64,000 bases of DNA from Chrysiogenia bacterium (lineage in GTDB: Bacteria > Acidobacteriota > Aminicenantia > UBA2199): contig JBDRQC010000004.1 of NCBI GenBank assembly GCA_043826505.1, positions 524,974-588,973 of the forward strand. The letters are read 5' to 3'. How positions within the stretch are numbered: position 1 is the stretch's first letter; each line of letters begins with the position of its first letter. The position numbers and the translations under genes were made by a program. Shown piece by piece: positions 30,628 through 40,528 of the stretch. A model generated the notes under the pieces. The model had not been told where the DNA came from, did no database searches, and saw nothing but the letters and a program-made list of their open reading frames with translations.

Positions 30628-30984
30628 CTAAAAAAATCGCGCAATGATTCCCCAAATGAGTAATCCAAGCCCAACAAAAGTTACAAACATATTCACGGAG
30701 GTTATCCAATCTGGCACAGAATTAATATCGGCTTTTGTTGGATGGATAGAGGTGCGATCAAGACGTCGTATGTTTTCTTGAAGTCTTTCTTCTTTAATCA
30801 TATTTTCTCGAATACGGTCCCAGCGAGCCTTTGCGGATTCCATTGCATAATTGTGCATCACTCCCCATGACCAAAAAGAAAGGATTACAACAATCACACA
30901 TAACCAAAATAAAACAGGGTGCCCGGTCCCATAGAACATTATTCCTGCAAGCACGCTTAATATTAAACTTACAAAGCCACCCAT
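30628..30984 (-). CDS. small hypothetical membrane protein
   Basis: 118 aa, 2 N-terminal and 1 C-terminal TM helices, AT-rich. Confidence 0.45.
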   Translation of the reverse strand: MGGFVSLILSVLAGIMFYGTGHPVLFWLCVIVVILSFWSWGVMHNYAMESAKARWDRIRENMIKEERLQENIRRLDRTSIHPTKADINSVPDWITSVNMFVTFVGLGLLIWGIIARFF

Positions 30985-31300
30985 ACTTACTCCTTTGGAG
31001 GCATGATGGTCAGAACTAGAAAAATTAGAACCTTATAATTCAAGACATGACCCTCATGCCTTACTAACTACTTGACAGTGACCTTCTAATGGGCGTCCCC
31101 AATTCCCAATGATGACTGCTCCTGCAAGCCGTCACCGAAAGTCCTGCCTTCATCTACCATGCAGCTTCTCATGGCACACAATGGGCGTCCCTTTTGCCTC
31201 CTGTACGTTTGCCCAAGAGAGAGAAAAAGAGACGGGTCAAACTTCAGTAAACCGAACCCACTGAAAACGCAAGTCAAGAATAGCGTATACGTCGAGTTGC

Positions 31301-32419
31301 TTATCCCACCAGTACTTTTTTGACCTTATCGACGACGTAATGAAAATCGGATTCCGGCATATCCGGGTAGATAGGAAGTGAGACGATCCGTTTTTCGATG
31401 AATTCAGTATTCTCTAGCCCGGGACTGTCTGCGCATAAATCGTGAAACAAAGTGAGTTGATGGACGGCCGGGGAAAAATAGGAGGCGGTCTCAATTCCAT
31501 ATTCTTCCATTTTTTTCATGAATGCCTTCTTGTCGATTCCGAGCTCTTCGGACTCCCAGTATATTGTGAAGTCCTTGAAGTTGGATAGCGCCTCTGGCAT
31601 GACTTTCTGAAATGCAATGCTCGGAATACCTGCCAGGTTTTCCCGGTACTTCTGCGCCAGGTCGTTTCGCTGACGGATCTGCTCGTCAATCCTCCCGAGT
31701 CCATGCAACCCCATTATGGCACTGAATTCTGTCATCTTTCCATTCAGGCCCATATGCCGGCAATCGTATTCGCTTCCATATGTGAACCCGTAATTGCGGC
31801 GGTCTTCGACAGCGGTATGGATATCGTCCCGGTGGGTGGTGATCAAGCCTCCTTCACCGCATGGCAGTATCTTCGTCACGCTTAAACTAAAAACTTCTGC
31901 ATCGCCGAAGGACCCGATATGGCGGTCGCGCCATTTGGACCCGAAGGCATGGGCCGCATCGAAAAAGAGAGAGAGGTGATGTTCTTGAGCGATTTCCTGC
32001 AGTTCTGCGATCGGGCAAGGGTTGCCAAAGGCATGCAAAGCAAGGATAGCCGTGGTGTTGCGGGTGATGTGTTGGCGGATCGATTTGGTCGAAAGATTGA
32101 AGGTGTCGAGGTCGATATCCACAAAGACGGGTTTCAGGGAATTCCATAGAATGGCCTGGACTGTGGGCAGGAACGTGAAACTGGGGACCAGTACTTCCGT
32201 ACCTTTGGGCAATGTATTCAATATCAGCATCAACCCGGTGGTGGCATTGGCCACTGACAGGATATGCTTCACTCCGAGTATTTGTGCTACTTTTTCTTCC
32301 AGTTTGCACGAGTATTTGCTGAAGTTGGTCAATCGGCCCGAAGCGAGCATGTCGTGGACATAAGGCTCGATCTCTGCAAGATTTGGCAATCGGGGTTTTA
32401 CCAGGGGAATTTTTTTCAT
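31301..32419 (-). CDS. DegT/DnrJ/EryC1/StrS family PLP-dependent sugar aminotransferase
   Basis: MKKIPLVKPRL...; SFTFLPTVQA; ...SVTKILPCGEGGLI (PLP Lys region) typical of the family. Confidence 0.85.
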   Translation of the reverse strand: MKKIPLVKPRLPNLAEIEPYVHDMLASGRLTNFSKYSCKLEEKVAQILGVKHILSVANATTGLMLILNTLPKGTEVLVPSFTFLPTVQAILWNSLKPVFVDIDLDTFNLSTKSIRQHITRNTTAILALHAFGNPCPIAELQEIAQEHHLSLFFDAAHAFGSKWRDRHIGSFGDAEVFSLSVTKILPCGEGGLITTHRDDIHTAVEDRRNYGFTYGSEYDCRHMGLNGKMTEFSAIMGLHGLGRIDEQIRQRNDLAQKYRENLAGIPSIAFQKVMPEALSNFKDFTIYWESEELGIDKKAFMKKMEEYGIETASYFSPAVHQLTLFHDLCADSPGLENTEFIEKRIVSLPIYPDMPESDFHYVVDKVKKVLVG

Positions 32420-32424
32420 TTTAT

Positions 32425-33741
32425 TTACCCGATCTGGATTTCTTCGTCGAACATAATGGTTATTTCGTTCCTTTCGATCCGAGGCAAGCTCTGTGTCTGG
32501 TAAATATAAGGAATCCTCAGGCAGACCTGAAAATATTTTGAAGGGTATTTTTTAATGAGGCGGATCAGGTTCTCCCGCGTGAAAATCCAGTCGGTGATGG
32601 CCACCTGTCCTGCTGCCTTGCAACCTGAGAATAACAGCAGGGTTTTTCCCTGATCGATCTTTACTTGTTCTCCAGGGCCTGGATCGATGGCGAAAATATT
32701 CGGCAATTTCATGATTACGGCATAATCAATCAGCCTGTCGCCTTGTTGTTTCTGGAACGTGGACATGGGGATGAGGTTTTTGATGGCCTCCTGTTGCATG
32801 ACCTGATCATAGGTGAGTGCTGTGTACTGATCAACGGGGTTGTCCGAATCATGAACGTACTTCAAGTACGCGACCTTTTTATTGTCTTCAGCAGGGGCCT
32901 CAAAGTAATCGATCAAAAAACCATGCATCCGTGTGATTCTATTGGTTGTCTCTAGGATCTTCAGATTATCCATCACTTTCTTGCAGATCATATTCTCCTT
33001 GGCGCTGCCGATGATGGAGGAAGATGTTTTTTGGATGATATTATTCAGTTTATCGTTTTTATAAGAGCAACTGCAACGCGGTTTTACCTTGCGCCAATCG
33101 ATCATCAGGTTATGGGCTACCCAGGTATTGATCTTCATAATGATCTCAGCCTCATCGTTGGGAAAACCAGGCATTTTATATCCCTCATAATCACCGGGAT
33201 CGTCATGTTGCTTATGTGTAAAGAGTATGAAATAGTCAGAGATATTGGAGTTCTCCAATCCGGCTAAACGTCCGAATAATTCCGTCTCCTGCAAGGCCAT
33301 TGTCATTTTATGGATATCTTCCAGAAGTCCGTCCCGGTAAATATTTCCAAATAATAGAGAAAATGGATTCAACAGGAACAGAATCAGCTTTTTTATGACT
33401 TTCGATTTCAGGATTTTATCGACGAAAATAATAAAAAAGATGATCCCGATGACGATCGCTAGCCAAACAATTTCATTGATTTTATCCTTGAAGGGGATTT
33501 GTGTATCGAACAACTGCAAACGGATTTTGGGAATGACCAGGATGGAACCGATAATTTTGAAAACGGCATAGAATCCTGCAATTGCCCATGCGAGGCGTTT
33601 CCTTATGGCTGTGATTCTTTGAACTAAGCGATCGTAGGCTGCTTCCAACCGGCTCATGACATCCTCCTCACTCAACCCGAACAGATTCGACAATCTGTTT
33701 TTCGATGAATCGATTGTAGAAGAAAACGGTTTAAATTTCAA
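32425..33741 (-). CDS. hypothetical membrane-anchored protein
   Basis: 438 aa; two TM helices near N-term then large soluble domain; 5 bp upstream of DegT gene (co-transcribed). Confidence 0.5.
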   Translation of the reverse strand: MKFKPFSSTIDSSKNRLSNLFGLSEEDVMSRLEAAYDRLVQRITAIRKRLAWAIAGFYAVFKIIGSILVIPKIRLQLFDTQIPFKDKINEIVWLAIVIGIIFFIIFVDKILKSKVIKKLILFLLNPFSLLFGNIYRDGLLEDIHKMTMALQETELFGRLAGLENSNISDYFILFTHKQHDDPGDYEGYKMPGFPNDEAEIIMKINTWVAHNLMIDWRKVKPRCSCSYKNDKLNNIIQKTSSSIIGSAKENMICKKVMDNLKILETTNRITRMHGFLIDYFEAPAEDNKKVAYLKYVHDSDNPVDQYTALTYDQVMQQEAIKNLIPMSTFQKQQGDRLIDYAVIMKLPNIFAIDPGPGEQVKIDQGKTLLLFSGCKAAGQVAITDWIFTRENLIRLIKKYPSKYFQVCLRIPYIYQTQSLPRIERNEITIMFDEEIQIG

Positions 33742-33937
33742 TAGACCGGTGGTAACCTGGATTTCTCAACCGCCTTTTATTTTTCCTTTATTCTATTCTC
33801 TCTATCTACCCTATAGGCGCCAATTTTTGGTGAATCTCCGGTGTTGCACAAGTGTTTATGAAATTTCCACGTTTCCAGACACTGATAATCCCCCCACTAA
33901 AGAATATTCAAGTGATCAACATGACAAAGTCAAGAAG

Positions 33938-35545
33938 TCAAGCACCGAGCAAGCTCTCCCTTGTTCCATCTCCGATAATTGTTCCAAACTCATTTTTGTG
34001 GCAAATCACATCTATTTCGGTAAAATACTTTTCATTATACGATGAAGAATAATTGGCATTCTGAGGATTCACATTAGAATTGACAAGTTTTCTATATAAA
34101 ATACAAACATTTCCTCCAATCAGCACATCGCTTCCAATTATACTGAATGCAATATTGCAAAATGACATTATTCTTGTGCCTGACAGTATAATTGAATTCT
34201 TTATTATCGTATTTGCTTCAATAAAGACCCTTTCGTCAAGATTGGAATTTTCAACCAATACATTTTTCCCAATATAGCATCCCGCCTTTAATACACAAAC
34301 ACCTTCTATTGTTGCGAAATCATCAATAAATTTTGGGTTACATCCTATTGGTTTTATTATCATCCCATTTACTGCCGCTCGTGAACTAATCCAATTATCG
34401 GAGTCATTAATCCAACGAAATTTTCTGAATTTTTTATTATCTAGCAATTCTCTGAATTTACTTCCATTTGGATGATTATCGATTTTATCAGACATTTTAT
34501 TAGACATTGAATCTGACATTAATATTTCAACATCATATCCCTCAAGGTTCGGATGATCAAGCTCACACTTACAATTAGCTAGGTACCAATCAAGATAAGC
34601 TTCCTTAATAACTCGATCTGCATTCAAATGTTCCCAAGGAAAATTAATATCAAAACATACATTGTTGATAGATTCTTCTGACAAACAAATATCAATATTT
34701 GCTTTTCGGCTTAAATATGGGAAAATAAAATAATTTATAAAATGTTTAATAAAAAAATAATTGGCTATCTGGTTTTTTACATTTAAAATTTCTTTCCACA
34801 TTTTAGAATTCATTAGAATCAATCCAGTAAATTTTGCCAAAATATTTTCTTTATTTAAATAATTTTTTAAATTAAAAACTGGATATAACGGCCTATCAAT
34901 AACATCAACAACATTTCTGAAATTTATTTTTTTATAATTTATTTTGTTTTTGGTATCATCATGGGATCCCTTTTTAATTACAAAAAAACTTTGCAAATTA
35001 TGTGATTGGAATTTCACTTTTGATTGAATCGATTTTTCATGAAGATTCTTTGTAAAATCACTAGCAGCAAAAACTGCAAATGGGGATTTATTGACAATCT
35101 TTTTCTTAGCGGTTTCAAAAATAAAACTCCAAAAATCATCATGAATCAGGGTATCACCACAAATAACAATAATTGGATTTTTGTCAAATGACTCAATTGA
35201 TTTATAATAATTCTCTTTAAGATAATTAATACCTTCCACGATAGATGGAAAAATCCCCTGGGCAAATGATGATGACACTGTTGCGAAACAGACTATTCCC
35301 AAATATCTCTCGGAATTAAATTGGTTTTTTTACAAATCCAGATTATTTGGATCGGCAACTATACAAATTTTATTTACGAATTCTCTTTTTTCTTTTTTTA
35401 GCAAATCATCTATTAAAAACTGAATTGTGGTTTTATGATTTAATGGCAAAAGGTTTAAAAGTGGAGAAATTTTGAAGAAACTTGATATTCCACTGAATTC
35501 TTTTACCGTAGGAACTATTACATTATACTTTGCAATAGACAACAT
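33938..35545 (-). pseudogene. sugar-phosphate nucleotidyltransferase / left-handed beta-helix (hexapeptide) acyltransferase, split by a frameshift
   Basis: ORF 35330..35545 (KISPLLNLLPLNHKTTIQFLIDDL like the NTP-transferase PxLPxxxKPxI region) and ORF 33938..35302 (IVICGDTLI GD motif; C-term hexapeptide repeats IIKNSIILSGTRIMSFCNIAFSIIGSDVLIGGNV) are separated by a T7-8 run at about 35325-35331. Confidence 0.55.
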
Positions 35546-35991
35546 AGGTTAATTAATATTTACTCCATCTCAGTTCGATTTTTGACATATACTAGATTAT
35601 AATGAAGAATATCTGAAAATCAAGCGCTGCTCAATTTTTTTTGTTGATATTGTAATATTTATTTTTTACTGTAATTGATTTCATTGAAGGCTTCTTCAAA
35701 TCATGGAAAAGAAAATGAGAATCGTGTCTTGAATTAACAGGTCGATCAATAACCATTTTCACGAATATATTTGTCATTTCAAGACATTATACTAATACCC
35801 CATGCCCCCAATCTTCCCTATTAAGAGAAAGCTTGGTGCCAGGTCTTGCATTATCGCTTCTGCCAATGCCCAGAACAAGAATATGTTTTCAATTAGATAA
35901 GAAAACCCATTTTGTCATAATGTAAGACCTGACAGCATTTCTTCCTGTTCTTCCCTAGACGTACTTTCACTTTAAGAATACATTTATTATT

Positions 35992-37056
35992 TTATAACTT
36001 AATTGTTTTCTCATAAACAAATGCAACACTATACTTAGCCCTCGTAATTGCAACGTATAAACCCGCTTTAGTTCTGGGTTTAAGTTGTGATGAATCCTTT
36101 TTTGCCAGATATTCACAAATAGGTTTATTTGGAAAAATGAGTACGCGTTCAAAAGTCCTGCCTTTTGCCATTCCAAAATTAATTGATGGTAGCTCCATTG
36201 TGGAAGTCCTAATCGAATCTTTTAAAACAATCGGTTTAAATTTATTATAATAGTGAGGGACCTCACATTGCTTTATCACGAAAACACCATCATGCCCAGT
36301 AACATCAGTATTCTTTGAAATTGTGGGGATTAGCTCAGGATATAAATGGTCTGCAAAATCACAAATTGTTTGATTGCAACGAAAGCTCTCATTCTTCTGT
36401 ATAACCTCACAAAATCCTTTTTTTTTCCAGTCATTGAACAACTTAATGATATTATATCCTTTATATTTCTTGTTTTTGGGGGAACAATTTGTAAAATAAG
36501 TTGATTGTCTACAATCCCCTACAATTATTATATCAATCTTAGAACGAACTAATAGTTCTAAGAGATCAAAATCGTATCCAGCCATATCTTGTGACTCATC
36601 AATGAAAATTTGATCGAAAATTTGCTCAAGCCGTTCAATTACGAGTCCCTTAGATAGTTCATTGCACACACATGCAAATTCAGCGATCTTATCAGTGTAT
36701 ATCAATTCTCCGTTTTGAAGATAATATACTGCAGTATTCTTTCTAGGGACTCCTATGACAGACCTGCCTTCAATAAAAGAGATATTACTGATCCTCTTGA
36801 TGTCGTATAAAAAATTTTGATAAGGGCGTACACATTCTTGAAGTAGAAAGGAATACCAGGTAAGTATATGAAGATTTTTCGGAATACAACTGACTCTCTG
36901 TGAAATGAAATCATCAACCTGTTGCAAGTTTTCAATAGTATATGTGGTTATTAATGTTCGTTTGTTAATATTTTGAAGCGCCGCTTCAACTAAAATAGTC
37001 GTTTTTCTTGCACCCGCAGATGCAATTACTATTTTCTTACAAGCTGAAAGCATCAA
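35992..37056 (-). CDS. gajB: Gabija GajB, UvrD-like helicase
   Basis: IVIASAGARKTTILVE (Walker A), IFIDESQDM (motif II), GLYVAITRAKYSVAFV (UvrD C-terminal motif); overlaps gajA by 20 nt. Confidence 0.8.
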   Translation of the reverse strand: MMLSACKKIVIASAGARKTTILVEAALQNINKRTLITTYTIENLQQVDDFISQRVSCIPKNLHILTWYSFLLQECVRPYQNFLYDIKRISNISFIEGRSVIGVPRKNTAVYYLQNGELIYTDKIAEFACVCNELSKGLVIERLEQIFDQIFIDESQDMAGYDFDLLELLVRSKIDIIIVGDCRQSTYFTNCSPKNKKYKGYNIIKLFNDWKKKGFCEVIQKNESFRCNQTICDFADHLYPELIPTISKNTDVTGHDGVFVIKQCEVPHYYNKFKPIVLKDSIRTSTMELPSINFGMAKGRTFERVLIFPNKPICEYLAKKDSSQLKPRTKAGLYVAITRAKYSVAFVYEKTIKL

Positions 37057-38653
37057 GAATATATTGGGGGACTTTTATTGGAGAAGAATAATTGAAGAGC
37101 TTCAAAGCACACTCAGTCTTATTTTTTTCCTTACGCATGAATGACATCATTGATTCTTTATCTAAATCATTCCTAGAAAATATGGTGTTTAGTAAGCCAA
37201 GTTCATTAACCTTGGCAATTTGGCATTCTAACGTGGGATATTTATCATCCTTGTCATAACAAATTTTTATATTGGATTTTTTTAAATAATCACCATATCT
37301 TAATTCAATATTTTTTCTAAAGTCCCCATCATTATCAATAACAACCACTACTTTCTTTTCAAGCAAAGCCGCAATCTCAAGAAAACGCTTGAAGGAGAGA
37401 CTCCTGACAGATATCACATCGAAATCATCTTCGATTGGGAGTTTTCCATTCTTCTGAAAATATGCCTTTTGTACTATCAACTCATCAGAAGGACCTTCAA
37501 CGAGAATCGGCCGCTTCGAAATAATCAGTCGCAATGTGTCGTACCCCGGCAGCTTTTGAAAATAATCTTTTGTGCTATTTGAAAGATTTTTCAAAGAAGT
37601 AACCTTCTGTCCTTCTGCTAGAAGAATGACTTTATCAATACCAAGTTTGTTTAAAACAAAAGTGCTATGCGTAGTCAAAAGAACATGCTTTGACATGCAT
37701 TTTTCTTGAATTTTACTGATAAGATTATTCATTGTTGAATAAGATAAATGATTCTCAGGTTCCTCAATAAGTATAAGATGCGCATCTGTTGCCTTACGAT
37801 CAAGTGCAATTAGCATTTTCAATATACTTTGATCACCCTTCCCAATATGCTGAAAAGGTATTTCATCAAGATACGAAGTCAAATTGGTTTCCCAATTCGC
37901 CTTCTGGGTAATATCAACTGACACTTGAAGCTGTTTGTCAGAAATTTTTCCCTTCTCAGAAGCAAGCCTCGCATTAATCTTAGCAATTGCTCCTTGGTTG
38001 CTGAAGGTTTCTTTCAATCTACGATATTCCACTGCCAATTCAGCGCGTTCTTTAAGATCAAGAGAATCGTCAATTATTTTTTGAATATAATAGTCCGAAC
38101 CATATTGAAGCCGGATTGTAGTTGTGTCAATTAGTGTAACATTCATCCCAAGGCTTCGTTTTGTTATAGTCTTATAAGCAAAAGAAAACCATTGTACTTT
38201 GTAATACTCAGTTGGAATGTTTTTTATCTTACTTAAGTCGGAGATATAACTCAGGTATTCATCGGAAAAATCCTGGTTAAATTCAATTAAAAGTCTAATT
38301 CCCGGCGAATTGGTTTTTTTAGAGTTATTTGTACCCTTTAGTGCGGCAAATTCAGGATCATCCGTAAAATAAAGCTCAATCCAAATTTTTGGTGGGGCAA
38401 CTTTATTACCAGCGTTTAGTGCTGCAAAGTATTCTGAAACACACTCCCTATTAAAAAGATATGGAGAAAGTTCAAAGGCTATATTTCTTCCAAATAAATC
38501 TTGAGTAAGGCAAAGGTTGATTGCTTCTATTAATGTCGACTTCCCCGTTTCATTGTCTCCAACAAGTAAGGTCAACTGATTAGACAAATCTATTTCCAGA
38601 TGACGGAAGCATTTAAAGTTATGAACAATTATTTTATGAAAAATCATTCCCAT
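37037..38653 (-). CDS. gajA: Gabija GajA, OLD-family ABC ATPase-TOPRIM endonuclease
   Basis: N-term IIVHNFKCFRHLEIDL...LLVGDNETGKSTLIEAI (AAA_15/AAA_21), ILIEEPENHLS (Walker B/D-loop), C-term TOPRIM ILVEGPSDE...VVVIDNDGD. Confidence 0.85.
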   Translation of the reverse strand: MGMIFHKIIVHNFKCFRHLEIDLSNQLTLLVGDNETGKSTLIEAINLCLTQDLFGRNIAFELSPYLFNRECVSEYFAALNAGNKVAPPKIWIELYFTDDPEFAALKGTNNSKKTNSPGIRLLIEFNQDFSDEYLSYISDLSKIKNIPTEYYKVQWFSFAYKTITKRSLGMNVTLIDTTTIRLQYGSDYYIQKIIDDSLDLKERAELAVEYRRLKETFSNQGAIAKINARLASEKGKISDKQLQVSVDITQKANWETNLTSYLDEIPFQHIGKGDQSILKMLIALDRKATDAHLILIEEPENHLSYSTMNNLISKIQEKCMSKHVLLTTHSTFVLNKLGIDKVILLAEGQKVTSLKNLSNSTKDYFQKLPGYDTLRLIISKRPILVEGPSDELIVQKAYFQKNGKLPIEDDFDVISVRSLSFKRFLEIAALLEKKVVVVIDNDGDFRKNIELRYGDYLKKSNIKICYDKDDKYPTLECQIAKVNELGLLNTIFSRNDLDKESMMSFMRKEKNKTECALKLFNYSSPIKVPQYILDAFSL

Positions 38654-38947
38654 CTATAATCCCCTTCATTATTAATATAAAATCATTCAATTTCAGTAAA
38701 AACACTTAATTGTTTAAAACTTCTATTAGAAATTTCTTACCCATTTAGAATCAAGGGAAAATTCGGTGCCAGGTCTTTCATTAATACTTTTTGGCCAAAT
38801 CAAAATCAAGAGAATGGTTTCAAAAAGAGATTTAAAAATACAATTTTATTAGAAAAAAATATCTGCCCCATTTCATTCAAACAAATCTTAAAAATCAAAA
38901 CATTTGAAATTCATCTCAATCATACATTTGGCAGAATTCTAGCATAA

Positions 38948-39334
38948 TCAGACTTTCATCAGCAGATTCCTCGTACTTTTTAGGACTTGATCTAGTTTGA
39001 TTCTTTTTCTTTTAATCATCACATCTGTCCAAGTGCCCGGTTCCAACCAATAGCTACCTTTTAAAAAGCATCTTTCCGCCAGATCGCCATCAATATCACG
39101 AAGTGGGATGCTCGAATCATGCCAGAGTTTCGCTAAAGCCAACTCTCTTTTACGGTCTCGTTTTTTACCAGAATCCAAATCCTTAATGTATGCCTTTGTT
39201 TCATTAAGAGCTGCATAAAGAGCATATAACGCTTGGTCTATTCTTTCATTTCTATATTTATGACGATCTCTGATCAAGCCAAGTGCCGCTAAAAGTCGAT
39301 CAAAAATAGCAAATGTAACTTCATTCGGTGCCAT
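38948..39334 (-). CDS. hypothetical protein (orphan between Gabija and Mrr)
   Basis: 128-aa ORF, charged, no motif recognised. Confidence 0.45.
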   Translation of the reverse strand: MAPNEVTFAIFDRLLAALGLIRDRHKYRNERIDQALYALYAALNETKAYIKDLDSGKKRDRKRELALAKLWHDSSIPLRDIDGDLAERCFLKGSYWLEPGTWTDVMIKRKRIKLDQVLKSTRNLLMKV

Positions 39335-39598
39335 ATAACCTCCTAATAATTATCATAATCTAAAATAAAGAATTAACATTTTTTATCCTAGCTCCAATAA
39401 TGGCCTGGGGAAGCTTCTCAGGAGAGAGAGAATTCCTTTTGCATCCATAGATTGATTAAAAAATAAATTATAAGTTGTGGCGGACAAGAAAGAAAATTCG
39501 GGCCAGGCCTTGAATTGAAAGATCAATCATTGATCGTATTAAAAAAAACTGTCATTTCAAAACCGGACTCCAAGCATTGGAAATAACTACTTTTTATG

Positions 39599-40528
39599 CT
39601 ATATACTTTCATCAAAATAATCCATATCGATCTTTTTCACAGGATAGAGCGATACTGTCGATACTCCAATATCATTCTCTATCATCAGGTTGGTGAGTTG
39701 CTCCCCATCAATTAAAACAATCTTGCTTCCAATCTGAGAGACATAATTTCTAGCTTCATTAGAGAATCGAGAGGTTGTAATGAATATACCTTTATTTGCT
39801 TTCTGAGCTTGAAGAGCTCCGGCAAACTGCATGACATCCGGTCTGCCAACTGAATTAGTATCCCATCGTTTCGCCTGGATGTAAACGACATCAAGCCCAA
39901 GTCTATCCTCCTTGATAATCCCATCAATACCGCCATCTCCACTTCTACCAATTGCTTTTCCAGCGTCAGCGCGTGAACCTCCATAACCCATCTTTACAAG
40001 CAATTCGACAACAGCACGCTCAAAAAAGGATGGCGAAGATTTTTTAAGTCTGGCAAGAAGTTCGTCTCCCAGCTCATCTCGCAAATTTTCATAGGCAGTT
40101 TCAAGTGCCTCTGATGGAGTAGCCGCTGAAATGTCGGGTGTACCATCCGAGGAACTTACTTTCTCACCTCTTCGCGTCCCCTTGAGTTGCTGGAACTCAA
40201 TAAATTCAGGATACTGTCTGAGAAGTTTTACATTGATCACTTTAGGCTGCTTTTTGAGGAGATCTTGCCCACGCGAAGTAATTTTAAAATAGCCCCTTCG
40301 CGTAGCTTCGAGCAGACCAGCTTTCTTCATATAAGTAGCCACCCAGCTAACTCTATTAACAAGGGTTGATTGAATACCGCTTGGAAGCATTTCTTTCATG
40401 TCCTCATCTGTCAAGTTCAATTCTTTCGCTAGAGCTTCAACGGCTTCTCCTGTTGATGTCTCATCGTTTTTCTTTCCTGCAAAACGGAGAACTGGCAACA
40501 TCAAACTTTGATAATCTGGAACAGCCAT
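39599..40528 (-). CDS. mrr: Mrr type IV (modification-dependent) restriction endonuclease
   Basis: N-terminal Mrr_N winged helix; catalytic core GGSRADAGKAIGRSGDGGIDGIIKEDRLGLDVVYIQAKRW (Mrr_cat D-(D/E)xK). Confidence 0.85.
   Translation of the reverse strand: MAVPDYQSLMLPVLRFAGKKNDETSTGEAVEALAKELNLTDEDMKEMLPSGIQSTLVNRVSWVATYMKKAGLLEATRRGYFKITSRGQDLLKKQPKVINVKLLRQYPEFIEFQQLKGTRRGEKVSSSDGTPDISAATPSEALETAYENLRDELGDELLARLKKSSPSFFERAVVELLVKMGYGGSRADAGKAIGRSGDGGIDGIIKEDRLGLDVVYIQAKRWDTNSVGRPDVMQFAGALQAQKANKGIFITTSRFSNEARNYVSQIGSKIVLIDGEQLTNLMIENDIGVSTVSLYPVKKIDMDYFDESI

Noticed and set aside
31086-31277. 63-aa ORF between DegT and the small membrane protein
   Set aside because: TTG start, no RBS, and it overlaps the spacer containing an array motif copy; kept out of the feature list as probably non-coding, although it ends about 14 nt before a motif copy.
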